A stretch of DNA of 64,000 bases from Macrostomum lignano (Eukaryota), in assembly GCA_002269645.1 (NCBI GenBank), contig NIVC01001948.1, forward strand, positions 222,856 through 286,855. Reading direction: 5' to 3'. A program made the position numbers and the translations under genes. The notes under the pieces are model-generated. The model saw only the letters and a program-made list of their open reading frames with translations. It ran no database searches and was not told where the DNA came from. Within the stretch, counting starts at the first letter, position 1. Each line of letters opens with the position of its first letter. Shown here one piece after another: positions 53,884 to 64,000 of the stretch.

Positions 53884-54201
53884 ATGGCCCCAGCCTATGA
53901 GATCTGTGTCGGCCTGAAAAAGGGCCACCGCATCACGGCCAACACGCCTCGCCCCAAGCCAGCCAATCGTCGGGGCAAAAGTACTAAAAATAGCAAATTT
54001 GTCCGTTCCGTTATTCGCGAAATTGTCGGCTACGCGCCGTACGAGAGGCGAATTGTTGAACTGTTGAAAATCTCCAAGGACAAGCGGGCGCTGAAGTTTG
54101 CTAAGCGTCGGCTTGGATCGCATCTGCGCGCCAAACGCAAGCGCGAAGAGATGGTGCGAGTTGTGCAGGCGCAGCATCGCAAGAAGGAACAGAAGGAGTA
54201 A
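53884..54201 (+). CDS. RPL36: 60S ribosomal protein L36 (eL36), 105 aa, intronless CDS
   Basis: [65 protein letters not shown] acceptor 2 nt before the ATG. Confidence 0.97.
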   Translation: MAPAYEICVGLKKGHRITANTPRPKPANRRGKSTKNSKFVRSVIREIVGYAPYERRIVELLKISKDKRALKFAKRRLGSHLRAKRKREEMVRVVQAQHRKKEQKE

Positions 54202-54370
54202 CTTGACCCGATGACCCTTGCCATCTGTGGCTCTTTAATGTCGAGTTATGTTGTGTCCTAATTCAATTATACAGAACACTCGACAAATGCTTGGATTGAA
54301 AAAAAAACCTTTTTGTGTTAACAATTAAGCGACTGTCTTTTGTTGTTCATATTGCCTTTGTTATTTATAA

Positions 54371-55587
54371 TCTAGAACACCAGTGTTTGTACAGGTGCCA
54401 GAATCTAGAACATCAGTGTTTGTACAGGTGCCAGAATCTAGAACACCAGTGTTTGTACAGGTGCCAGAATTTAGAACACCAGTGCTTGTACAGGTGCCAG
54501 AATCTAGAACACCAGTGTTTGTACAGGTGCCAGAATCTAGAACATCAGTGTTTGTACAGGTGCCAGAATCTAGAACACCAGTGTTTGTACAGGTGCCAGA
54601 ATCTAGAACACCAGTGTTTGAACAGGTGCCAGAATCTAGAACACCAGTGTTTGTACAGGTGCCAGAATCTAGAACACCAGTGTGAGTACAGGTGCCAGAA
54701 TCTAGAACATCAGTGTACAGGTGCCAGAATCTAGAACATCAGTGTTTGAACAGGTGCCAGAATTTATCTAGAACATCAGTGTACAGGTGCCAGAATTTAT
54801 CTAGAACATCAGTGTACAGGTGCCAGAATCTAGAACACCAGTGTGAGTACAGGTGCCATAATCTAGAACACCAGTGTTTGAACAGGTGCCAGAATCTAGA
54901 ACACCAGTGTTTGTACAGGTGCCAGAATCTAGAACACCAGTGTGAGTACAGGTGCCAGAATCTAGAACATCAGTGTTTGAACAGGTGCCAGAATTTATCT
55001 AGAACATCAGTGTACAGGTGCCAGAATCTAGAACACCAGTGTGAGTACAGGTGCCAGAATCTAGAACTTCAGTGTACAGGTGCCAGAATCTAGAACACCA
55101 GTGTTTGTACAGGTGCCAGAATCTAGAACACCAGTGTGAGTACAGGTGCCAGAATCTAGAACTTCAGTGTACAGGTGCCAGAATCTAGAACACCAGTGTG
55201 AGTACAGGTGCCAGAATTTATCTAGAACATCAGTGTACAGGTGCCAGAATCTAGAACACCAGTGTGAGTACAGGTGCCAGAATCTAGAACACCAGTGTAA
55301 GTACAGGTGCCAGAATCTAGAACTTCAGTGTACAGGTGCCAGAATCTAGAACACCAGTGTGAGTACAGGTGCCAGAATCTAGAACACCAGTGTTTGTACA
55401 GGTGCCAGAATCTAGAACACCAGTGTGAGTACAGGTGCCAGAATCTACAACACCAGTGTGAGTACAGGTGCCAGAATCTAGAACTTCAGTGTACAGGTGC
55501 CAGAATCTAGAACATCAGTGTACAGGTGCCAGAATCTAGAACACCAGTGTTTATACAGGTGCCAGAATTTATCTAGAACATCAGTGT
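54371..55587 (+). repeat. 33-bp minisatellite (TCTAGAACACCAGTGTTTGTACAGGTGCCAGAA) between RPL36 and NPL
   Basis: About 38 units, with 29-bp and 37-bp indel variants. Confidence 0.95.
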
Positions 55588-56028
55588 CAGTACAAGCGTC
55601 GAGTCTAATGCAATGTAAACATGTAATGCATACGGTCTTCTGGTAAATCAAGTTCTCCAGATTGTTTATGTAACGCCAAAATCCAATAGAGTGAGGTACT
55701 TTTAATGCGTGTACATGGAAAGTTATTCAAATAAAAACTCTTGAGCTCCTCAACAGCCGCTGATATGCATTTGGGCACATGTGCTAAAATACTGTACCCA
55801 ATCAATCTGCCGCAGTGTAACTAGAGAAGTCGGTAATATTGTTGAATAATTCAAAGACATTTTCGTTCGAGGCACGCATGCATTTACTTGAAACTTGAAA
55901 CAAACGTGTCTTATTCCCACCCGGAAGCTAGCGTATAAAATAACACTCAAAACACCCCAACAGGTGTTTCAGCCCTACTACTCGAGTGGTTCTCGTTACT
56001 CGTTACTCGTTACCAGTCAAGTTTAACA

Positions 56029-57403
56029 ATGCAGCAATTCCGTTTACCGAGACTGACCGTCCCAACGTTCACCCCTATGACGCCAGACGGGGAGTTGGAC
56101 CTGGACAAGATCCCAGCCTACGCACGCCTGCTCAGCCAGTCCGGGGTACGGAGCGTCTTCGTCTGCGGCAGCACCGGCGAGTTCCCCAGTCTCAGTCTGG
56201 ACGAGCGCAGGCGTGTTCTCGAAGCCTGGTGTCAGGCCCGCGCTGACGGCCTAATCGACACGGTGACCGCTCACGTGGGCACCTGCTGTCTCAAGGACAC
56301 CATCCTACTGGCCAGACACGCCGTGCAAAAGTGCAACGCGGACGCTGTAGCATCCGTGGCTCCCTGGTACTTCCCTATTGACCAGATCGACGCTACAGTG
56401 GAACTGCTGGCCAAGGTGGCTGCTGAGTGCGACGGCAAGCCCTTCTATTATTACCACATCCCGATGTTCACCAACAGCAAGCTAGACGTGGCCCAGCTGA
56501 TGCGCCGGGCCGCTGCACTTGTGCCGAACCTGGTCGGGCTGAAGTTCACGGACTCTTCGCTTAGTCAACTGGCCGCCTGCTCGGAGGTTGTTGCACCCGA
56601 CGGGCGACAGATGCAGGTGCAGGCGCGAGTTAAAGTTGCCTTTATGGTGGATTTATTATGCTCTACTCAGACCTTCCCACACTACCCAACCTACTCAATC
56701 CCTACCCAAACTACTCAACCCCTACCCAACCTACTCAACCTATCAATCCATCCAATCAACTTGACCTACTCAACCTACCAATATATCCAATCTACTTAAC
56801 CTACCTAACCTACCAATCCACTTAACCTACTAAACCTACTAATCCATCCAGTCTACTTAACCTACCAATCCATCCAATCTACTCAACCTACCAATCCATC
56901 CAATCTATTCAACCTACCAATCCATCTAATCTACTCAACCTACCAATCCATCCAATCTACTCAACCTACCAATCCATCCAATCTACTCAACCTACCAATC
57001 CATCCAATTTACTTAATCCACACCACAACAGGCCATAATCGGTCTGGACGACCTGACTTTGCCAGCCAGATCGGTGGGTGTCCTGGACGGCATCGGCGCC
57101 AGCTACAATCTGATTCCGGACGTTGTCAATTCTCTAGCCGACAGCTTTGACTCGGGCAATCTGAGCACAGCTCGCAGCGAGTCCAGCCGCATCCGGTCCC
57201 TATTCGAGGCGATCTCATCGGCAGTGGAAGGCTACGGTATGGTGTCGCTGTTAAAAATCACCATGTCCTTGATGCGAATGGACCTAGGACCGCCGCGTCT
57301 GCCGTTGAAGCCGCTGAATTCGCCTGCTAGAATCATTCTAGAACAGCGGCTAAAGTTCGACGGATTCTTAGCCAGGGATGAAGCGCAAGAGAAGCTGGCT
57401 TGA
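56029..57403 (+). CDS. NPL: N-acetylneuraminate lyase-like (DapA/NanA family), 319 aa, 2 exons
   Basis: Exons: 56029-56616 and 57032-57403 (phase 0). GSTGEF, YYYHIP, Schiff-base LVGLKFTD, C-terminal LGPPRLPL. The donor GTGCAG is weak (in-frame alternative at 56629). Confidence 0.85.
56665..57020 (+). repeat. ~26-bp C/A-rich repeat (CTACTCAACCTACCAATCCATCCAAT) in the NPL intron
   Basis: Degenerate on the left, regular on the right. Confidence 0.85.
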
Positions 57404-57547
57404 AGACCAACTGAATTTAGAATGACATTTTGAAGACAATCGACTGCCGAGTGTGATTTGAAGCTTAAAGGTCATTTGAAGCTAATAAATACACTTCTTT
57501 AATGGGTTTTCACCACTGTGTAACTTCCAGTGCCAAGTAGCTAGGGA

Positions 57548-57995
57548 TTTTTGCTACTGGGGAATTCCTGCTACTGGGGATTTCCTGCTACTGGGGTATT
57601 CCTGCTACTGGGGTATTCCTGCTACGGGGTATTATAGCTACTGGGGTATTCCTGCTACTGGGGTATTATAGCTACTGGGGTATTCCTGCTACTGGGGTTT
57701 TCCTGCTACTGGGGTATTCCTGCTACTGGGGTATTCCTGCTACTGGGGTATTCCTGCTACTGGGGTATTATAGCTACTGGGGTATTCCTGCTATTGGGGT
57801 ATTCTTGCTACTGGAGTATTCTTGCTACTGGGGTATTCCTGCTAGTGGGGTATTATAGCTACTGGGGTATTCTAGCTACTGGGGTATTCCTGCTACTGGG
57901 GTATTCCTGCTACTGGGGTATTCCTGCTACTGGGGAATTCCTGCTACTAGGGTATTCCTGCTACTGGGGTATTCCTGCTAGTGGGGTATTCCTAT
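57548..57995 (+). repeat. 17-bp minisatellite (GGGGTATTCCTGCTACT) between the convergent NPL and NuMA-like 3' ends
   Basis: About 26 units. Confidence 0.94.
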
Positions 57996-58734
57996 ACGGT
58001 ATCTGAGAATTCCTGCTGTCGTCAAAGTTTTAAGGGCCGCTGTTAGAGTAGATTAGTGTAAAAAATTCCATGAAAACCCGTCAGTAATGACGACAATTTC
58101 AGTTTTAACAAAATGCATTACAACTAAAGCAGCACAGACAGAGTTTTAATGTATTTGTGTGCGTGCAAGCAAACTGACGTTTTGCTATTAGTAGCAACAG
58201 CAACAATAAGGAAATATGATTTATGTAAAACAGCTTTTATTTGGTATTTGAGTGGACTATAAAATGTAAAATTAAAAAGTAACAGTTTATTTAAAGATTA
58301 TTTAGGGTATGGATATTTTAGCACTAAATAATTAATTCATAAATGCGCGTATTTAAAACGGACTTGCTGTAGAAAAGACGGATGCTTAACAAAATGCCCA
58401 CAACAGTAGGTTTCTTTTATAATAAATAAAGCCAAGAAAGAAGCAACAGTGACAACGAAAATGCATGCTAAATTATATTAAACTACTATGAGTAATAAAA
58501 AGCAGTAGAAATAAACAAGGAAAACAGTTTGAACTGGGGAAATAGTACATACAGCACCAGTATGTTTTGTAAGCCAAAATGCAAACTTTTCAACTCGGAA
58601 AAGATGTTTAGAACAATAAGAAACAACAAAGGTTTTTTTATTCAAATCAATCAGAACTAAAATAGCCAACTACTACTGGTAGGCGACGCGGTATAAAACA
58701 GTTCAGTTGCTATGGCAACGCACAGATTAATAAG

Positions 58735-61700
58735 TCAGTCGCCCATTACCAGTTTGCGTACAGTCTTAGCGCTGCTGCTGCTGCTGCTGCCGCTGCCACC
58801 GCCTGCGGGTCGGCGAGGTCCCGGCCTGCCCGGGTTCATCTCGATGCTATAGACCAGGGTTTTCTTAGCTGGCACAACCGGTTCAGCCGAGCTAGACGAA
58901 GCTGATAGAGAGCTGTTATTGTGCTGCTGCTGCCCAATGGCATGGCTGGAGCGATTCTCGCGTTCTGAGCCGCCGCTAGGCCAGCGCTGATGCTGCTGCG
59001 GCTGCTGTTGCTGCAACGTCGACATGGAAGCCGACGTATTTTTCGGCCTAGTAGAAGCGGCGGCCGATGTCGTCAACGCCAGTCTTGGCGCGGCAGATTT
59101 CGGCGATTTGAACAGGCGCTGACGCTGAGGTGGCGGCGGCGGCTGCTGCTGCTGCTGCTGTTGCTGTTGAATTCCGCCAGCAGACAGGCGGTTACGATCG
59201 CTCAGCACAGCGGCGGATGTCGACGACCATGTCGACGCTAATGTCGATGTCAGGGCTGACGTGGCGATGGTTGAAGTGGACCGACTTGCCACGGCGGACG
59301 AAGCTGGGATTCAGTTTGAGGGGCAGCAAAATCAGTCTGCGAACATTGCACTGACACAAATTAACTGTCGAACGTACCTAAAGCTAAAATACCACTTATG
59401 CCGCCGTTTTCTGATACGACTTTTCACCGCGTTGCTTCCCTGCTCTCTCTTCTCTCTCTCCCCTCTATCTTCTTCCCTTCCCCTCTCCCCTTCTCCCCCT
59501 TCCACCCCCCTCTCTTCCCTCCCCTCCCTTTCCTCTCCCCTCTCTTCCACCCAGGTATCACTTTTTTATCACTGAGGCTACAATGCCACTCACCAGTGGA
59601 CTCAACAATAGACCTGGGCGTAACAATAGAACAATAGAATGAACCAACACAGGTCAAATATTAACAGGAGGGTCGTGACTTCGGGGTCAGAGCACTTTCT
59701 CACCCCCAATCACTCGATTGCAAACTTTGTCTCCATTGCTATCGAACAAGTTCTTAATAACAACAAAATCGAACTTAGGGAAGAGATCTGGAATAAAAAA
59801 CTGGGGACTGACAAACCGCCGGGTACGAACATCAGGGTCGACAATCATCTCCGACCCATCCCATTGGTCCTTCCTTTTCACCCATCTACGGTCTGGCTCG
59901 CCAACGAGATAGCTAAAAACTTTGATAAGCTACAAAATAAACCAGGCTCCCGCATACTGCCCGCTTTTACACGGCAACGTAACTTACAGAGCCTCCTGGC
60001 TCCCAATAAGTCAAGTCTCAGCCAGGAAACCAGTAACTTACAGAGCCTCCTGGCTCCCAATAAGTCAAGTCTCAGCCAGGAAACCAGTAACTTACAGAGC
60101 CTCCTGGCTCCCAATAAGTCAAGTCTCAGCCAGGAAACCAGTAACTTACAGAGCCTCCTGGCTCCCAATAAGTCAAGTCTCAGCCAGGAAACCATTGAAT
60201 CATTTTAACCAATGCGCTCATTTTACCCTATTGAAGTACAATATTTATTCACGTTTATTTCTTTCAATGATTGTACTCACAAATATCGATTTTTATGCTC
60301 CTACCCTACCCCCAATACCGAAATTTCATCTAATCGTATAATATCGTATATCGTACGAGTATAGTACTTCGAAATAACAAATTTTATATAATAAATATAC
60401 TGTGTCGATTAAAATTAATGGTGGAAAGCCACTGGGACAAGTTAAAGCTAGGCAAAACAGGGTTTTAAATGTACATCCCTCACATGTACAACTACTCATC
60501 AATTTTATCAGACTAAGAAAAATAATACTTAAAAGACCAACTTGAATTGCATGACACACAGATTTTTTTGGCCTGACGAAGAGCCCAGAGGCTCGAAACC
60601 GGTAGCCAATATTAAATTAATTATTTTTTTAAACACGCCGTGACCTCTCTTCTCTCTCTCTCTCTACCTCTCTCTCTCCCCTCCATCTTCTTTCCTTCCC
60701 CCCCTCTCTTTCCCCTCTATCTTCTTTCCTCCCCCCCTTTCTCTCCCCTCTATCTTCTTTCCCTCTATCTTCTTTCCTCCCCCCTCTCTCTCCCCTCTAT
60801 CTTCTTCCCTTCCCCTCTCCCCTTCTCCCCTTCCACCCCCTCTCTTCCTTTCCCCTTCTCTTCCCCCCTCTTTTTACTTCTCCTCTCTTCGCTTCTTCCA
60901 TCCCCCTCTCTTCCCCCCTCCCTTTCCTCTCCCATCTCATCCCCCTCCCTTTCCTCTCCCATCTCATCCCCCTCCCTTTCCTCTCCCATCTCATCCCCCC
61001 TCCCTTTCCTCTCCCATCTCATCCCCCTCCCTTTCCTCTCCCATCTCATCCCCCTCCCTTTCCTCTCCCATCTCATCCCCCCTCCCTTTCCTCTCCCATC
61101 TCATCCCCCTCCCTTTCCTCTCCCATCTCATCCCCCTCCCTTTCCTCTCCCATCTCATCCCCCCTCCCTTTCCTCTCCCATCTCATCCCCCCTCCCTTTC
61201 CTCTCCCCTCTCTTCCACCCAGGGATCACTTTTTTATCACTGAGGCTACAATACCACTCACCAGTGGTCTCAACAATAGACCTGGGCGTAACGCTAGCAG
61301 TCTGAGTCTCAACCGGATACGAGCTGCGCAGCTGAGCCGGCTGCCGCTGATTCCTCTGCTGCAGTTCCGCGATACGCTTCCACTCAAGCAGGTGCGCGTC
61401 CTCGTCTTCGCAGGACAGCTGGCCGCCTTTACCGCCGCCGCCGCCACCGCCTGCGCCACCAGCAGCGGCTGAGCAGCCGTTATTACTAGCGTTATTACTA
61501 GTGCTCAGAGCGAACGGTCTGCGATCAAACACTGGTGAAGCGGCCATGTTCACGTCGGAGTTGGCCCGCACCAGCTGGTGCACCCGGTTCGACTGCAGCG
61601 GCGGCGTTGTCGGCAACTGGCGCTGCTCGTCGGCAGGCTCCGGCGATTCAACAACTCCACCGTTGCGACGCTGCTGTGCCGAGCGGATGTTGGCGGCCTC

Positions 61701-63080
61701 CTCCAGTTCCTGGCATCTCACCAGCAGGCGCTCCTTCATCTCAGCTTCTTCGTTGCGCTCTTCGATGGCTTTTTTCAACGCCGCCTTTCTACGCTGACAG
61801 GCCTCAACTAGGCTGGCCTGCTCAAGCTCCACCTGGTGGAGATTGGACCGCAGCTTGTGCGCCTTTGGGGTGGGATGGGGTGCAAAGCAACCATGGCATA
61901 GAGAATCGTGATATGTACCAATAATCCATGGGACAATTCACTAAATCTTCTCTCACACAGGTACATAATTCCTGACACAAAACAAGAATTCCTGACACAA
62001 ACCAAGAATTCCTGACACATACCAATAATCGCTGACACAAACCAATAATCCCTGACACATACCAAGAATTCCTGACACAAACCAAGAATTCCTGACAAAC
62101 CAAGAATCCCTGACACATACCAAGAATCCCAGACATATACCAAGAATCCCTGACACAAAACAAGAATCCCTGACACATACCAAGAATCCCTGACACATAC
62201 CAAGAATCCCTGACACATACCAAGAATCCCAGACATATACCAAGAATCCCTGACACAAAACAAGAATCCCTGACACATACCAAGAATCCCTGACACATAC
62301 CAAGAATCCCTGACATATACCAAGAATCCCTGACACAAAACAAGAATCCCTGACACATACCAAGAATCCCTGACACATACCAAGAATCCCTGACACATAC
62401 CAAGAATCCCTGAAACACAGAATCCCTGACACGAACCAAGAATCCCTGACACATGTCTAAAATCCCTGACACAAAACATAGAATCCCTGACACATGTCTA
62501 AAATCCCTGACACAAAACATAGAATCCCTGACACATGTCTAAAATCCCTGACACAAAACATAGAATTCCTGACACAAAACTAGAAACCCCGACAAACCTC
62601 CGCCTTGGATGCCTTCAACTCCTCCTCCGCAGCCTCCAGCTCTTTAGTCAGCCTATCCGTCACGGCTTTAACCTCGCGTTGAACCTCTTCGCGGGCAGCT
62701 GCCGAGGCGCGCAGCTCGGCGCCGCTGCGCTGCCGATTGCTTCGATACTGCAGCTCCTGCAGCTGGTCCTGCAGCTCGGCCAGCTCCAGCTCCGACTTCG
62801 TTCGCAACTCGCGCAGCTTGTTGGCCGCTTCGGACTCCGCCTGCAGCCGATCGCTAGTGGTCGCGAGTTCGCGCCGGAGCCTGGCCGATTCGCGCTGCAA
62901 CTCGTCCTGCTGGCTGGCCGCCAAGGCCAACCGATTGGACAGGCGATCGATCTCGGCATCTCGGCTGAGCAGCTCGTCTTCGCAATCGGCCAGGCGGCGC
63001 TGAAGGCTCTCGACTTTCCGCTGGGCTCGGTCGCGTTCCATGGCGATCGATTCCGACGCCTGCTCGGCCGCTTGGCGGGC
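58735..63080 (-). CDS. NuMA/Mud-like coiled-coil spindle protein, last three exons (gene continues off the right edge)
   Basis: Exons: 63080-62598, 61862-61262, 59303-58735 (phases 0, 1). A long heptad coiled coil is followed by SCEDEDAHLLEWKRIAELQQRNQRQPAQLRSSYPVE, matching the NuMA motif CQDEPEQLDDWNRIAELQQRNRVCPPHLKTCYPLE (recalled). Confidence 0.8.
59979..60194 (+). repeat. 54-bp x4 in-frame tandem repeat inside the PLE ORF
   Basis: GTAACTTACAGAGCCTCCTGGCTCCCAATAAGTCAAGTCTCAGCCAGGAAACCA repeated four times (NLQSLLAPNKSSLSQETS). Confidence 0.95.
60568..60609 (+). ncRNA. Minimal type I hammerhead ribozyme
   Basis: TTGGC-CTGACGA-A-GAGCC(CAGA)GGCTC-GAAA-C-CG-GT-A-GCCAA: intact core, 5-bp stems I and II, palindromic ACCGGT stem III, GUA cleavage site after 60604. 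Confidence 0.88.
60645..61207 (+). repeat. Pyrimidine tract ending in a ~27-bp minisatellite (ATCTCATCCCCCTCCCTTTCCTCTCCC x~10, 60934-61207)
   Basis: Part of a segment duplicated at 59443-59624, where the array is absent. Confidence 0.9.
61965..62580 (+). repeat. 20-bp minisatellite (CCTGACACATACCAAGAATC) in a NuMA-like intron
   Basis: About 30 units. Confidence 0.94.
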
Positions 63081-63514
63081 CTGTTCGAGGTTATTATGAT
63101 TTATGATCAGGTATTGTTTGCGTTTGGAGTTTCCAGCATTGCATTTTTAGCTCAGGTTTTGCTCCAGAGACTTTTTTGGCGAAATCCTGACACATTTTAC
63201 AGGGCAATTCTGGCTAAACCCCATCGGGGCTGGCCGCCAGTGCTGGACTGTCAGGCGTGGGGTGGAAGGTCCGCTGGCCACGGACACGAAAGCTGGAATT
63301 ACGGCCCCTCTGCTAGGGTTGACCCTGGTGGACCTGGTGGCAGGCTCGCCGACATGCCCTCTGCACACTCACGCGGCGACGCGGTGGTGCAAGGCCCCTG
63401 TTCTGTGGTGAGCGGGACATTGACAGCTGGCTGTGCCATGTTGCAGTCAGACCGTTCCCATAGGCCCAATGACCAGGTGACCCAGTTGGGCCGTCAACAA
63501 CAATCAGGGCCATG

Positions 63515-64000
63515 CTGACACATTTTTAGCTTCATACTGACACCTTTTCAGCGCCATCCTGACACATTTTTAGCTTCATACTGACACCTTTTCAGCGCCA
63601 TCCTGACACATTTTTAGCTTCATACTGACACCTTTTCAGCGCCATCCTGACACATTTTTAGCTTCATACTGACACCTTTTCAGCGCCATCCTGACACATT
63701 TTTAGCTTCATACTGACACATTTTTAGCTTCATACTGACACATTTTTAGCTTCATACTGACACCTTTTCAGCGCCATCCTGACACCCTTTTCAGCGCCAT
63801 CCTGACACTTTTTAGCGCCATTCTGATACCTTTTTTAATGCCATACTGACACTTTTTCAGGGCCAGGTTGACACATTTCTCAGCTTCATTCTGACACATT
63901 TCTCAGCTTCATCCTGACACATCTCTCAGCTTCATTCTGACACCTTTTTTAGCTTCATTCTGACACATTTCTCAGCTTCATCCTGACAAATCTCTCAGCT
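63515..64000 (+). repeat. 22-bp alternating dimer repeat (CTGACACATTTTTAGCTTCATA / CTGACACCTTTTCAGCGCCATC) upstream of the first visible NuMA-like exon
   Basis: Runs off the right edge. Confidence 0.92.

Larger units (their letters stand above)
59625..60640 (+). mobile_element. Penelope-like retroelement fragment (RT-to-GIY-YIG linker plus terminal repeat region) in the last NuMA-like intron
   Basis: ORF 59639-60208 contains IPLVLPFHPS..IAKNFDKLQ..PAFTRQRNLQSLL, typical of PLE post-RT linkers, and is followed by a hammerhead motif. No RT core or GIY-YIG seen. Confidence 0.72.

Overview
Eukaryotic (animal) genomic DNA, not prokaryotic. GC-rich exons carry poly-Gln/poly-Ala tracts, and nearly every internal intron is filled by its own minisatellite. 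This architecture suggests a flatworm such as Macrostomum (inference from architecture only). Nine protein-coding genes were reconstructed with GT-AG junctions: SNRNP200/Brr2 (-, 10 exons, runs off the left edge, frameshifted near the edge), DNAJB11 (-, including a signal-peptide exon missed by the ORF track), a DCXR-like SDR (+), ANKRD63-like (-), VPS9D1-like (-), RPL13 (-), RPL36 (+), NPL/N-acetylneuraminate lyase-like (+) and a NuMA/Mud-like coiled-coil gene (-, runs off the right edge). Two AT-rich spacers between divergent gene pairs hold DNA-transposon derivatives (hAT x2, MULE-like, Tc1/IS630, Merlin, a nested MITE). There are also two tRNA-derived CORE-like SINEs and a Penelope-like fragment with an intact-looking type I hammerhead ribozyme. 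Highlights: (1) the VPS9D1-like gene has no ATG for its conserved N-terminus, begins at an in-frame AG acceptor just downstream of RPL13, and is a candidate operon gene started by a spliced-leader AUG; (2) the hammerhead; (3) a duplicated intron start that preserves the before and after states of a minisatellite birth; (4) a dense TAGGCCTA cluster. Most long ORFs in the track are repeat artefacts.
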